Of a stretch of 64,000 nt of DNA, positions 31,961-45,643 are shown piece after piece. Each line of letters opens with the position of its first letter. The stretch's first letter is position 1. The position numbers and the translations under genes were made by a program. Origin of the DNA: Lingula anatina (taxonomy: Eukaryota > Animalia > Brachiopoda); the NCBI GenBank assembly GCA_051362555.1, contig JBPQGU010000013.1, positions 62,001 to 126,000 of the forward strand, in the 5' to 3' direction. The notes under the pieces were generated by a model. It was not told the DNA's origin, ran no database searches, and worked only from the letters and a program-made list of their open reading frames with translations.

Positions 31961-33883
31961 ATGCCGTACGGTAAAGGTAGCTGGAAAAAACGAAGAAAAA
32001 GTGTATTTGTGAAGGGACACAAGCTATACCATGCAAGACAGAAGTCTGACCAGCCTCCAGAGCCTATTGTGAGAAGATACATCAGACCCAGCCAAGAGTT
32101 GTACCAGGCAGCCTCCTCTCCACCCCCTGTCGGGCCGCCAGCAACCCTCAGCAGCAACCCTGATGCACCCGTCATCCTCAGACCTAGGAGGGCCCAGTCA
32201 GAGAGTTTGTCCAGCAGCCAGCCCCAACCCCCAGATGATGAATACAAGTTGGTTTCACCAGAAAAAATTGTCAATCTGGTCAACAAAGTCTTGTCAGAGC
32301 ATACAGCTGAGTGCACTGGCTCAATGGTTTGGGACAGAGAGGCAGAAAGCAAGTGGGGAGTGGCTTGGTCAATGGGACTAAAATGTGACACGTGTCAGTA
32401 CAGGACAGGGAAACAGAAATTGTACAATGAAGTCGAGAGCAAGCAGCGTGGCAGGAGAGCAGCAACGGTGAATGCAGGCTTGCAAGTAGGCCTGTCACAA
32501 AACATGATCTCCAACACGGCCATGAGGCAGATTCTAATGGCGACCAATGTGACCCCGCCCAGTGCATCATCCATGCAAAAGCAAGCAAATAAAGTCGGTG
32601 CTGCTATAACCAAGCTTAACAAAGCTGACATGCAACAGCGCCGTGAGAATCTACGCCGCATTCAAGATCTGAGAGGGTGTGAAGGACAGCCCATAGCAGT
32701 GGAAGGAGATGGCAGATATAATAATAGTCTGTTTAGTGGAGGGAACAAAACACCATACCAGCCAGCCACTCAGACTGTATACACCGTTGCAGAAAATGTA
32801 ACCAGCAAAAAAGACATCATTGGTGTTTACACCGGAAACAAGTTATGCCACACAGCTCACCTGCTTAAAAGTAGAGGGGAAGATGTATCCTGTCCAGAGC
32901 ACAGTGGTATCTGCACGGCGAATCTACGGGAAGACGACAGTATTGGAGACGAGAAACGTGCCATGCAGCAGATCCTCGAGGAAATTTCTGGAGAGGTCAC
33001 AGTTGGTGCCTTGACCACTGATGGTGATAGCCGAGCCCACTCTGCATGTGATGATGTCGAAAGTCTTCGGGACACGCGCCACTTCAGTAAAGCTCTGAAA
33101 AAGCAAATTGAAAAAGCACCATTTTCCGGTCAAGTTTTCCCAGGGAAAACAAAGTACTCCAGAGACAAGATGCAGAAACGCTTTGCTCAGTGCATAGCAA
33201 TGCGCTGTTATGCTGAATTCGATGCCTGCTATAAAGCAAATAAAGGGGACATAGAATTGATTAAAAGAGCACTGAGTTATGTCACTGACTCTATAATTAG
33301 TTGTTACAACGGTGATTGTGAAAACTGCTTAAAGTATTCTTATGTATGCAAAGGTGGCACGGAAACTATTTTCCCTGAGAAAGGCAAACTAGACTTTAGC
33401 AACTCTGAAGATGTGCACATCTTAAGACAGTGCCTAAATTATAGACTGGGCCCAAGGGCAATTGAATCAACAAAACTTAATACCAACACACAAAAAGTGG
33501 AGTCTTTAAACCGGACATTTCAGAAAACTAATAATAAAGTTGTCACCTTTTCACGGAACTTCGAAGGCAGGATTCACAGTGCAGTTCACTTGAGGAATAA
33601 TGGACTTAAGCAATCCACTTTGTGTAAGATGGCCTCTGTTGGTGTTAGGCCCACTTCTTCAGTTGTTAAATATCTGGAGAAAGATGAAAAACAGATGAAA
33701 ATGAGAGTAAATCACAAAAAGACAGTTGCATTTAAGTTAAGAGCTAGACAGAGAATCCTTAGCCGTTACAGAAGATATGACAGATCTAAAGCATTGAAAA
33801 GTAATAATGACTACAGAAGATGCATATCTATGCCAAAACTTGTAATTCCTGATCATAGCTATTCAAAGAGAGCATGTAATTAA
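31961..33883 (+). CDS. DDE transposase, intact copy (inverted block)
   Basis: Identical translation. Confidence 0.9.
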   Translation: MPYGKGSWKKRRKSVFVKGHKLYHARQKSDQPPEPIVRRYIRPSQELYQAASSPPPVGPPATLSSNPDAPVILRPRRAQSESLSSSQPQPPDDEYKLVSPEKIVNLVNKVLSEHTAECTGSMVWDREAESKWGVAWSMGLKCDTCQYRTGKQKLYNEVESKQRGRRAATVNAGLQVGLSQNMISNTAMRQILMATNVTPPSASSMQKQANKVGAAITKLNKADMQQRRENLRRIQDLRGCEGQPIAVEGDGRYNNSLFSGGNKTPYQPATQTVYTVAENVTSKKDIIGVYTGNKLCHTAHLLKSRGEDVSCPEHSGICTANLREDDSIGDEKRAMQQILEEISGEVTVGALTTDGDSRAHSACDDVESLRDTRHFSKALKKQIEKAPFSGQVFPGKTKYSRDKMQKRFAQCIAMRCYAEFDACYKANKGDIELIKRALSYVTDSIISCYNGDCENCLKYSYVCKGGTETIFPEKGKLDFSNSEDVHILRQCLNYRLGPRAIESTKLNTNTQKVESLNRTFQKTNNKVVTFSRNFEGRIHSAVHLRNNGLKQSTLCKMASVGVRPTSSVVKYLEKDEKQMKMRVNHKKTVAFKLRARQRILSRYRRYDRSKALKSNNDYRRCISMPKLVIPDHSYSKRACN

Positions 33884-34041
33884 AATAAAAATGTATGATT
33901 TTAAGATACTACTCTGTAATAAACTGGTTGTGAAATATGAAAAAAAGTTTGTTGGTCTTTCTTCTAGTCTTAAAACTTATAAATATAATTGAGAAATCTA
34001 TAAATTAAGTAAATGTAAATTTAATAATAATAACAATAATA

Positions 34042-34407
34042 TTAATAATTATCATGTACACAATTTGGCCCCCGTCTGTGTCTGAGGCACCTGCCCACAT
34101 TACGACAATGTAATCTGTTATTGTTGATTCATTGAGGCTCTGCTGTGAGATGATCGGGGTTACAGCACAGACCGACTCCACACGGGTGGAATGTGTAAAA
34201 CCCTCTCCTAAGCATAAATGCCACCCTGTGCACTCCAACAGTAACAGAGTGTCTAGCCCCAGGAAATGTAACCCTCCATAACCCATAACGGGCCCCACTG
34301 GAACAACTGGTGCCCCCAGTCCACAGCCAACAGTATCCCTCCTGTGTGTTATGCAATTTTGCATGTAATTTCGCAAGATATACATCCTAGAACTGGTCAT
34401 TAGCCAT
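34042..34407 (-). pseudogene. His-Me finger nuclease copy (same two stops)
   Basis: Identical. Confidence 0.85.
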
Positions 34408-34506
34408 TTTTTGTGTGAAATGATGCAAGAGCACCCTTTTATGGCCTGTGCTGCTCTAAATTTAGAAACTAAGCCAAAAGTGAACAGTTGTCACTTTTCC
34501 TGTTCA

Positions 34507-34964
34507 GGGGAGAAACCACCAAAATATTTCCCATTGACGACCATACTAAGAAATGCCTGCAAAACTGCATAAAGAAAATAACTCTGGGAAACATTTCCCA
34601 TCTCCATGGACAGCAGACACACTGACATAACTCCAAATGGCAAAAAAATATACTGTCATCAACTCCGCTGTCTTACCGGCATCACTTGAACATGTGCACC
34701 CCTCTGTTTGTAAACAAACCACTGCACCACTCACAGTCAGTAGACCCTTCCGCCAGAGGTCTCACGACTGCACTGCACCTGTGCCTGGTCCTGAAAAAAA
34801 AACTGGCAGTAGTTAACACCCTACTCTGCTAGTTGATACCAAAATTAACCCTAGCAACACACAAGAAATGCCAGGAAAAAAATGGAAAAAAGCACTCATT
34901 TTTTCTCACTGAACTATATTCGTCTATAACAGGTGCTGATTGGTTGATTTGGAGGTTTCTGCCC
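34507..34964 (-). repeat. LTDR copy, inverted (long allele)
   Basis: Same TIRs, 458 bp. Confidence 0.88.
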
Positions 34965-35672
34965 TGAGATTCACACAAACCACCCCCCCTGTTCTTACCT
35001 TCTGACACCAAAAATTAAAACCTTAATACACTGCCAACTGCTCCGCCCAATATGACTGAGAACGGTCTCTTGATGACTGAGCCCTGTCAAGTTGAAAATG
35101 TGGTTGCTGTATCGGCCACTCTAGCCAACATTGCACCTGGTGAGAAAGCATAATTTCATGAGTGATAAAAAGTTAAATGTACATTTCTGTGCCTGAATTT
35201 GTTTCAATTGTTTTGAAATTTGGACACCTTATGCTGGACAGGTGTGAAAATCTGAGATAAGCATCTTAACTGGTTGGGCCTAGTTTAAGTGCACTTTGTT
35301 GAGAAATAAAATGTGAAAAGTGGAAAATTACTAATAAAAATATTTTAAAATATCTAAAAATTACTTAAACTCAAGTGCAAGGTTAATTGTCACAACTGTT
35401 GTTTATGTTTGTTTGTGTTTGTTGTGAGGATACAGGAAATGAGCTTCTTGTCCCTCCCTGCAGAACAATACTCACTGCTAAGCTGTATACCCCCCTCCTG
35501 CACTGGGGCCATGCAGTTTGCTGTTTACAGGAAACCCCACTACCAATCACTGTTCATACCTTTTGTTGTAATGTATCCTGCTTTCCTGCACACCTGGGAG
35601 AGACAATGGGCAGCTGATGCTATAAAATGCCCTGTCTCTGCCTCTGGACTCAGAAGTCACTTTCTATCCACC

Positions 35673-37597
35673 ATGCCGTACGGTAAAGGTAGCTGGAAAA
35701 AACGAAGAGAAAAAGTGTATTTGTGAAGGGACACAAGCTATACCATGCAAGACAGAAGTCTGACCAGCCTCCAGAGCCTATTGTGAGAAGATACATCAGA
35801 CCCAGCCAAGAGTTGTACCAGGCAGCCTCCTCTCCACCCCCTGTCGGGCCGCCAGCAACCCTCAGCAGCAACCCTGATGCACCCGTCATCCTCAGACCTA
35901 GGAGGGCCCAGTCAGAGAGTTTGTCCAGCAGCCAGCCCCAACCCCCAGATGATGAATACAAGTTGGTTTCACCAGAAAAAATTGTCAATCTGGTCAACAA
36001 AGTCTTGTCAGAGCATACAGCTGAGTGCACTGGCTCAATGGTTTGGGACAGAGAGGCAGAAAGCAAGTGGGGAGTGGCTTGGTCAATGGGACTAAAATGT
36101 GACACGTGTCAGTACAGGACAGGGAAACAGAAATTGTACAATGAAGTCGAGAGCAAGCAGCGTGGCAGGAGAGCAGCAACGGTGAATGCAGGCTTGCAAG
36201 TAGGCCTGTCACAAAACATGATCTCCAACACGGCCATGAGGCAGATTCTAATGGCGACCAATGTGACCCCGCCCAGTGCATCATCCATGCAAAAGCAAGC
36301 AAATAAAGTCGGTGCTGCTATAACCAAGCTTAACAAAGCTGACATGCAACAGCGCCGTGAGAATCTACGCCGCATTCAAGATCTGAGAGGGTGTGAAGGA
36401 CAGCCCATAGCAGTGGAAGGAGATGGCAGATATAATAATAGTCTGTTTAGTGGAGGGAACAAAACACCATACCAGCCAGCCACTCAGACTGTATACACCG
36501 TTGCAGAAAATGTAACCAGCAAAAAAGACATCATTGGTGTTTACACCGGAAACAAGTTATGCCACACAGCTCACCTGCTTAAAAGTAGAGGGGAAGATGT
36601 ATCCTGTCCAGAGCACAGTGGTATCTGCACGGCGAATCTACGGGAAGACGACAGTATTGGAGACGAGAAACGTGCCATGCAGCAGATCCTCGAGGAAATT
36701 TCTGGAGAGGTCACAGTTGGTGCCTTGACCACTGATGGTGATAGCCGAGCCCACTCTGCATGTGATGATGTCGAAAGTCTTCGGGACACGCGCCACTTCA
36801 GTAAAGCTCTGAAAAAGCAAATTGAAAAAGCACCATTTTCCGGTCAAGTTTTCCCAGGGAAAACAAAGTACTCCAGAGACAAGATGCAGAAACGCTTTGC
36901 TCAGTGCATAGCAATGCGCTGTTATGCTGAATTCGATGCCTGCTATAAAGCAAATAAAGGGGACATAGAATTGATTAAAAGAGCACTGAGTTATGTCACT
37001 GACTCTATAATTAGTTGTTACAACGGTGATTGTGAAAACTGCTTAAAGTATTCTTATGTATGCAAAGGTGGCACGGAAACTATTTTCCCTGAGAAAGGCA
37101 AACTAGACTTTAGCAACTCTGAAGATGTGCACATCTTAAGACAGTGCCTAAATTATAGACTGGGCCCAAGGGCAATTGAATCAACAAAACTTAATACCAA
37201 CACACAAAAAGTGGAGTCTTTAAACCGGACATTTCAGAAAACTAATAATAAAGTTGTCACCTTTTCACGGAACTTCGAAGGCAGGATTCACAGTGCAGTT
37301 CACTTGAGGAATAATGGACTTAAGCAATCCACTTTGTGTAAGATGGCCTCTGTTGGTGTTAGGCCCACTTCTTCAGTTGTTAAATATCTGGAGAAAGATG
37401 AAAAACAGATGAAAATGAGAGTAAATCACAAAAAGACAGTTGCATTTAAGTTAAGAGCTAGACAGAGAATCCTTAGCCGTTACAGAAGATATGACAGATC
37501 TAAAGCATTGAAAAGTAATAATGACTACAGAAGATGCATATCTATGCCAAAACTTGTAATTCCTGATCATAGCTATTCAAAGAGAGCATGTAATTAA
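35673..37597 (+). pseudogene. Transposase copy with 2-bp insertion near 35708
   Basis: cgaagagaaaaag vs cgaagaaaaag. Confidence 0.7.
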
Positions 37598-37755
37598 AAT
37601 AAAAATGTATGATTTTAAGATACTACTCTGTAATAAACTGGTTGTGAAATATGAAAAAAAGTTTGTTGGTCTTTCTTCTAGTCTTAAAACTTATAAATAT
37701 AATTGAGAAATCTATAAATTAAGTAAATGTAAATTTAATAATAATAACAATAATA

Positions 37756-38121
37756 TTAATAATTATCATGTACACAATTTGGCCCCCGTCTGTGTCTGAG
37801 GCACCTGCCCACATTACGACAATGTAATCTGTTATTGTTGATTCATTGAGGCTCTGCTGTGAGATGATCGGGGTTACAGCACAGACCGACTCCACACGGG
37901 TGGAATGTGTAAAACCCTCTCCTAAGCATAAATGCCACCCTGTGCACTCCAACAGTAACAGAGTGTCTAGCCCCAGGAAATGTAACCCTCCATAACCCAT
38001 AACGGGCCCCACTGGAACAACTGGTGCCCCCAGTCCACAGCCAACAGTATCCCTCCTGTGTGTTATGCAATTTTGCATGTAATTTCGCAAGATATACATC
38101 CTAGAACTGGTCATTAGCCAT
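37756..38121 (-). pseudogene. His-Me finger nuclease copy (same two stops)
   Basis: Identical. Confidence 0.85.
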
Positions 38122-38220
38122 TTTTTGTGTGAAATGATGCAAGAGCACCCTTTTATGGCCTGTGCTGCTCTAAATTTAGAAACTAAGCCAAAAGTGAACA
38201 GTTGTCACTTTTCCTGTTCA

Positions 38221-38679
38221 GGGGAGAAACCACCAAAATATTTCCCATTGACGACCATACTAAGAAATGCCTGCAAAACTGCATAAAGAAAATAACTCTG
38301 GGAAACATTTCCCATCTCCATGGACAGCAGACACACTGACATAACTCCAAATGGCAAAAAAATATACTGTCATCAACTCCGCTGTCTTACCGGCATCACT
38401 TGAACATGTGCACCCCTCTGTTTGTAAACAAACCACTGCACCACTCACAGTCAGTAGACCCTTCCGCCAGAGGTCTCACGACTGCACTGCACCTGTGCCT
38501 GGTCCTGAAAAAAAAAACTGGCAGTAGTTAACACCCTACTCTGCTAGTTGATACCAAAATTAACCCTAGCAACACACAAGAAATGCCAGGAAAAAAATGG
38601 AAAAAAGCACTCATTTTTTCTCACTGAACTATATTCGTCTATAACAGGTGCTGATTGGTTGATTTGGAGGTTTCTGCCC
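38221..38679 (-). repeat. LTDR copy, inverted (long allele)
   Basis: Same TIRs; one extra A in a homopolymer. Confidence 0.88.
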
Positions 38680-39388
38680 TGAGATTCACACAAACCACCC
38701 CCCCTGTTCTTACCTTCTGACACCAAAAATTAAAACCTTAATACACTGCCAACTGCTCCGCCCAATATGACTGAGAACGGTCTCTTGATGACTGAGCCCT
38801 GTCAAGTTGAAAATGTGGTTGCTGTATCGGCCACTCTAGCCAACATTGCACCTGGTGAGAAAGCATAATTTCATGAGTGATAAAAAGTTAAATGTACATT
38901 TCTGTGCCTGAATTTGTTTCAATTGTTTTGAAATTTGGACACCTTATGCTGGACAGGTGTGAAAATCTGAGATAAGCATCTTAACTGGTTGGGCCTAGTT
39001 TAAGTGCACTTTGTTGAGAAATAAAATGTGAAAAGTGGAAAATTACTAATAAAAATATTTTAAAATATCTAAAAATTACTTAAACTCAAGTGCAAGGTTA
39101 ATTGTCACAACTGTTGTTTATGTTTGTTTGTGTTTGTTGTGAGGATACAGGAAATGAGCTTCTTGTCCCTCCCTGCAGAACAATACTCACTGCTAAGCTG
39201 TATACCCCCCTCCTGCACTGGGGCCATGCAGTTTGCTGTTTACAGGAAACCCCAGCTACCAATCACTGTTCATACCTTTTGTTGTAATGTATCCTGCTTT
39301 CCTGCACACCTGGGAGAGACAATGGGCAGCTGATGCTATAAAATGCCCTGTCTCTGCCTCTGGACTCAGAAGTCACTTTCTATCCACC

Positions 39389-41314
39389 ATGCCGTACGGT
39401 AAAGGTAGCTGGAAAAAACGAAGAAAAAGTGTATTTGTGAAGGGACACAAGCTATACCATGCAAGACAGAAGTCTGACCAGCCTCCAGAGCCTATTGTGA
39501 GAAGATACATCAGACCCAGCCAAGAGTTGTACCAGGCAGCCTCCTCTCCACCCCCTGTCGGGGCCGCCAGCAACCCTCAGCAGCAACCCTGATGCACCCG
39601 TCATCCTCAGACCTAGGAGGGCCCAGTCAGAGAGTTTGTCCAGCAGCCAGCCCCAACCCCCCAGATGATGAATACAAGTTGGTTTCACCAGAAAAAATTG
39701 TCAATCTGGTCAACAAAGTCTTGTCAGAGCATACAGCTGAGTGCACTGGCTCAATGGTTTGGGACAGAGAGGCAGAAAGCAAGTGGGGAGTGGCTTGGTC
39801 AATGGGACTAAAATGTGACACGTGTCAGTACAGGACAGGGAAACAGAAATTGTACAATGAAGTCGAGAGCAAGCAGCGTGGCAGGAGAGCAGCAACGGTG
39901 AATGCAGGCTTGCAAGTAGGCCTGTCACAAAACATGATCTCCAACACGGCCATGAGGCAGATTCTAATGGCGACCAATGTGACCCCGCCCAGTGCATCAT
40001 CCATGCAAAAGCAAGCAAATAAAGTCGGTGCTGCTATAACCAAGCTTAACAAAGCTGACATGCAACAGCGCCGTGAGAATCTACGCCGCATTCAAGATCT
40101 GAGAGGGTGTGAAGGACAGCCCATAGCAGTGGAAGGAGATGGCAGATATAATAATAGTCTGTTTAGTGGAGGGAACAAAACACCATACCAGCCAGCCACT
40201 CAGACTGTATACACCGTTGCAGAAAATGTAACCAGCAAAAAAGACATCATTGGTGTTTACACCGGAAACAAGTTATGCCACACAGCTCACCTGCTTAAAA
40301 GTAGAGGGGAAGATGTATCCTGTCCAGAGCACAGTGGTATCTGCACGGCGAATCTACGGGAAGACGACAGTATTGGAGACGAGAAACGTGCCATGCAGCA
40401 GATCCTCGAGGAAATTTCTGGAGAGGTCACAGTTGGTGCCTTGACCACTGATGGTGATAGCCGAGCCCACTCTGCATGTGATGATGTCGAAAGTCTTCGG
40501 GACACGCGCCACTTCAGTAAAGCTCTGAAAAAGCAAATTGAAAAAGCACCATTTTCCGGTCAAGTTTTCCCAGGGAAAACAAAGTACTCCAGAGACAAGA
40601 TGCAGAAACGCTTTGCTCAGTGCATAGCAATGCGCTGTTATGCTGAATTCGATGCCTGCTATAAAGCAAATAAAGGGGACATAGAATTGATTAAAAGAGC
40701 ACTGAGTTATGTCACTGACTCTATAATTAGTTGTTACAGACGGTGATTGTGAAAACTGCTTAAAGTATTCTTATGTATGCAAAGGTGGCACGGAAACTAT
40801 TTTCCCTGAGAAAGGCAAACTAGACTTTAGCAACTCTGAAGATGTGCACATCTTAAGACAGTGCCTAAATTATAGACTGGGCCCAAGGGCAATTGAATCA
40901 ACAAAACTTAATACCAACACACAAAAAGTGGAGTCTTTAAACCGGACATTTCAGAAAACTAATAATAAAGTTGTCACCTTTTCACGGAACTTCGAAGGCA
41001 GGATTCACAGTGCAGTTCACTTGAGGAATAATGGACTTAAGCAATCCACTTTGTGTAAGATGGCCTCTGTTGGTGTTAGGCCCACTTCTTCAGTTGTTAA
41101 ATATCTGGAGAAAGATGAAAAACAGATGAAAATGAGAGTAAATCACAAAAAGACAGTTGCATTTAAGTTAAGAGCTAGACAGAGAATCCTTAGCCGTTAC
41201 AGAAGATATGACAGATCTAAAGCATTGAAAAGTAATAATGACTACAGAAGATGCATATCTATGCCAAAACTTGTAATTCCTGATCATAGCTATTCAAAGA
41301 GAGCATGTAATTAA
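39389..41314 (+). pseudogene. Transposase copy with several small frameshifting indels
   Basis: ORF split into 39233-39592, 39592-40746 and 40844-41314. Confidence 0.7.
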
Positions 41315-41472
41315 AATAAAAATGTATGATTTTAAGATACTACTCTGTAATAAACTGGTTGTGAAATATGAAAAAAAGTTTGTTGGTCTTTCTTCTAGTC
41401 TTAAAACTTATAAATATAATTGAGAAATCTATAAATTAAGTAAATGTAAATTTAATAATAATAACAATAATA

Positions 41473-41838
41473 TTAATAATTATCATGTACACAATTTGGC
41501 CCCCGTCTGTGTCTGAGGCACCTGCCCACATTACGACAATGTAATCTGTTATTGTTGATTCATTGAGGCTCTGCTGTGAGATGATCGGGGTTACAGCACA
41601 GACCGACTCCACACGGGTGGAATGTGTAAAACCCTCTCCTAAGCATAAATGCCACCCTGTGCACTCCAACAGTAACAGAGTGTCTAGCCCCAGGAAATGT
41701 AACCCTCCATAACCCATAACGGGCCCCACTGGAACAACTGGTGCCCCCAGTCCACAGCCAACAGTATCCCTCCTGTGTGTTATGCAATTTTGCATGTAAT
41801 TTCGCAAGATATACATCCTAGAACTGGTCATTAGCCAT
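41473..41838 (-). pseudogene. His-Me finger nuclease copy (same two stops)
   Basis: Identical. Confidence 0.85.
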
Positions 41839-41937
41839 TTTTTGTGTGAAATGATGCAAGAGCACCCTTTTATGGCCTGTGCTGCTCTAAATTTAGAAAC
41901 TAAGCCAAAAGTGAACAGTTGTCACTTTTCCTGTTCA

Positions 41938-42395
41938 GGGGAGAAACCACCAAAATATTTCCCATTGACGACCATACTAAGAAATGCCTGCAAAACTGCA
42001 TAAAGAAAATAACTCTGGGAAACATTTCCCATCTCCATGGACAGCAGACACACTGACATAACTCCAAATGGCAAAAAAATATACTGTCATCAACTCCGCT
42101 GTCTTACCGGCATCACTTGAACATGTGCACCCCTCTGTTTGTAAACAAACCACTGCACCACTCACAGTCAGTAGACCCTTCCGCCAGAGGTCTCACGACT
42201 GCACTGCACCTGTGCCTGGTCCTGAAAAAAAAACTGGCAGTAGTTAACACCCTACTCTGCTAGTTGATACCAAAATTAACCCTAGCAACACACAAGAAAT
42301 GCCAGGAAAAAAATGGAAAAAAGCACTCATTTTTTCTCACTGAACTATATTCGTCTATAACAGGTGCTGATTGGTTGATTTGGAGGTTTCTGCCC
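41938..42395 (-). repeat. LTDR copy, inverted (short allele)
   Basis: Same TIRs, 458 bp. Confidence 0.88.
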
Positions 42396-43097
42396 TTCAC
42401 ACAAACCACCCCCCCTGTTCTTACCTTCTGACACCAAAAATTAAAACCTTAATACACTGCCAACTGCTCCGCCCAATATGACTGAGAACGGTCTCTTGAT
42501 GACTGAGCCCTGTCAAGTTGAAAATGTGGTTGCTGTATCGGCCACTCTAGCCAACATTGCACCTGGTGAGAAAGCATAATTTCATGAGTGATAAAAAGTT
42601 AAATGTACATTTCTGTGCCTGAATTTGTTTCAATTGTTTTGAAATTTGGACACCTTATGCTGGACAGGTGTGAAAATCTGAGATAAGCATCTTAACTGGT
42701 TGGGCCTAGTTTAAGTGCACTTTGTTGAGAAATAAAATGTGAAAAGTGGAAAATTACTAATAAAAATATTTTAAAATATCTAAAAATTACTTAAACTCAA
42801 GTGCAAGGTTAATTGTCACAACTGTTGTTTATGTTTGTTTGTGTTTGTTGTGAGGATACAGGAAATGAGCTTCTTGTCCCTCCCTGCAGAACAATACTCA
42901 CTGCTAAGCTGTATACCCCCCTCCTGCACTGGGGCCATGCAGTTTGCTGTTTACAGGAAACCCCACTACCAATCACTGTTCATACCTTTTGTTGTAATGT
43001 ATCCTGCTTTCCTGCACACCTGGGAGAGACAATGGCAGCTGATGCTATAAAATGCCCTGTCTCTGCCTCTGGACTCAGAAGTCACTTTCTATCCACC

Positions 43098-45020
43098 ATG
43101 CCGTACGGTAAAGGTAGCTGGAAAAAACGAAGAAAAAGTGTATTTGTGAAGGGACACAAGCTATACCATGCAAGACAGAAGTCTGACCAGCCTCCAGAGC
43201 CTATTGTGAGAAGATACATCAGACCCAGCCAAGAGTTGTACCAGGCAGCCTCCTCTCCACCCCCTGTCGGGCCGCCAGCAACCCTCAGCAGCAACCCTGA
43301 TGCACCCGTCATCCTCAGACCTAGGAGGGCCCAGTCAGAGAGTTTGTCCAGCAGCCAGCCCCAACCCCCAGATGATGAATACAAGTTGGTTTCACCAGAA
43401 AAAATTGTCAATCTGGTCAACAAAGTCTTGTCAGAGCATACAGCTGAGTGCACTGGCTCAATGGTTTGGGACAGAGAGGCAGAAAGCAAGTGGGGAGTGG
43501 CTTGGTCAATGGGACTAAAATGTGACACGTGTCAGTACAGGACAGGGAAACAGAAATTGTACAATGAAGTCGAGAGCAAGCAGCGTGGCAGGAGAGCAGC
43601 AACGGTGAATGCAGGCTTGCAAGTAGGCCTGTCACAAAACATGATCTCCAACACGGCCATGAGGCAGATTCTAATGGCGACCAATGTGACCCCGCCCAGT
43701 GCATCATCCATGCAAAAGCAAGCAAATAAAGTCGGTGCTGCTATAACCAAGCTTAACAAAGCTGACATGCAACAGCGCCGTGAGAATCTACGCCGCATTC
43801 AAGATCTGAGAGGGTGTGAAGGACAGCCCATAGCAGTGGAAGGAGATGGCAGATATAATAATAGTCTGTTTAGTGGAGGGAACAAAACACCATACCAGCC
43901 AGCCACTCAGACTGTATACACCGTTGCAGAAAATGTAACCAGCAAAAAAGACATCATTGGTGTTTACACCGGAAACAAGTTATGCCACACAGCTCACCTG
44001 CTTAAAAGTAGAGGGGAAGATGTATCCTGTCCAGAGCACAGTGGTATCTGCACGGCGAATCTACGGGAAGACGACAGTATTGGAGACGAGAAACGTGCCA
44101 TGCAGCAGATCCTCGAGGAAATTTCTGGAGAGGTCACAGTTGGTGCCTTGACCACTGATGGTGATAGCCGAGCCCACTCTGCATGTGATGATGTCGAAAG
44201 TCTTCGGGACACGCGCCACTTCAGTAAAGCTCTGAAAAAGCAAATTGAAAAAGCACCATTTTCCGGTCAAGTTTTCCCAGGGAAAACAAAGTACTCCAGA
44301 GACAAGATGCAGAAACGCTTTGCTCAGTGCATAGCAATGCGCTGTTATGCTGAATTCGATGCCTGCTATAAAGCAAATAAAGGGGACATAGAATTGATTA
44401 AAAGAGCACTGAGTTATGTCACTGACTCTATAATTAGTTGTTACAACGGTGATTGTGAAAACTGCTTAAAGTATTCTTATGTATGCAAAGGTGGCACGGA
44501 AACTATTTTCCCTGAGAAAGGCAAACTAGACTTTAGCAACTCTGAAGATGTGCACATCTTAAGACAGTGCCTAAATTATAGACTGGGCCCAAGGGCAATT
44601 GAATCAACAAAACTTAATACCAACACACAAAAAGTGGAGTCTTTAAACCGGACATTTCAGAAAACTAATAATAAAGTTGTCACCTTTTCACGGAACTTCG
44701 AAGGCAGGATTCACAGTGCAGTTCACTTGAGGAATAATGGACTTAAGCAATCCACTTTGTGTAAGATGGCCTCTGTTGGTGTTAGGCCCACTTCTTCAGT
44801 TGTTAAATATCTGGAGAAAGATGAAAAACAGATGAAAATGAGAGTAAATCACAAAAAGACAGTTGCATTTAAGTTAAGAGCTAGACAGAGAATCCTTAGC
44901 CGTTACAGAAGATATGACAGATCTAAAGCATTGAAAAGTAATAATGACTACAGAAGATGCATATCTATGCCAAAACTTGTAATTCCTGATCATAGCTATT
45001 CAAAGAGAGCATGTAATTAA
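43098..45020 (+). CDS. DDE transposase, intact from the Kozak ATG
   Basis: Identical 640 aa; the 1-bp deletion near 43034 lies upstream of the ATG. Confidence 0.88.
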   Translation: MPYGKGSWKKRRKSVFVKGHKLYHARQKSDQPPEPIVRRYIRPSQELYQAASSPPPVGPPATLSSNPDAPVILRPRRAQSESLSSSQPQPPDDEYKLVSPEKIVNLVNKVLSEHTAECTGSMVWDREAESKWGVAWSMGLKCDTCQYRTGKQKLYNEVESKQRGRRAATVNAGLQVGLSQNMISNTAMRQILMATNVTPPSASSMQKQANKVGAAITKLNKADMQQRRENLRRIQDLRGCEGQPIAVEGDGRYNNSLFSGGNKTPYQPATQTVYTVAENVTSKKDIIGVYTGNKLCHTAHLLKSRGEDVSCPEHSGICTANLREDDSIGDEKRAMQQILEEISGEVTVGALTTDGDSRAHSACDDVESLRDTRHFSKALKKQIEKAPFSGQVFPGKTKYSRDKMQKRFAQCIAMRCYAEFDACYKANKGDIELIKRALSYVTDSIISCYNGDCENCLKYSYVCKGGTETIFPEKGKLDFSNSEDVHILRQCLNYRLGPRAIESTKLNTNTQKVESLNRTFQKTNNKVVTFSRNFEGRIHSAVHLRNNGLKQSTLCKMASVGVRPTSSVVKYLEKDEKQMKMRVNHKKTVAFKLRARQRILSRYRRYDRSKALKSNNDYRRCISMPKLVIPDHSYSKRACN

Positions 45021-45178
45021 AATAAAAATGTATGATTTTAAGATACTACTCTGTAATAAACTGGTTGTGAAATATGAAAAAAAGTTTGTTGGTCTTTCTT
45101 CTAGTCTTAAAACTTATAAATATAATTGAGAAATCTATAAATTAAGTAAATGTAAATTTAATAATAATAACAATAATA

Positions 45179-45544
45179 TTAATAATTATCATGTACACAA
45201 TTTGGCCCCCGTCTGTGTCTGAGGCACCTGCCCACATTACGACAATGTAATCTGTTATTGTTGATTCATTGAGGCTCTGCTGTGAGATGATCGGGGTTAC
45301 AGCACAGACCGACTCCACACGGGTGGAATGTGTAAAACCCTCTCCTAAGCATAAATGCCACCCTGTGCACTCCAACAGTAACAGAGTGTCTAGCCCCAGG
45401 AAATGTAACCCTCCATAACCCATAACGGGCCCCACTGGAACAACTGGTGCCCCCAGTCCACAGCCAACAGTATCCCTCCTGTGTGTTATGCAATTTTGCA
45501 TGTAATTTCGCAAGATATACATCCTAGAACTGGTCATTAGCCAT
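45179..45544 (-). pseudogene. His-Me finger nuclease copy (same two stops)
   Basis: Identical. Confidence 0.85.
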
Positions 45545-45643
45545 TTTTTGTGTGAAATGATGCAAGAGCACCCTTTTATGGCCTGTGCTGCTCTAAATTT
45601 AGAAACTAAGCCAAAAGTGAACAGTTGTCACTTTTCCTGTTCA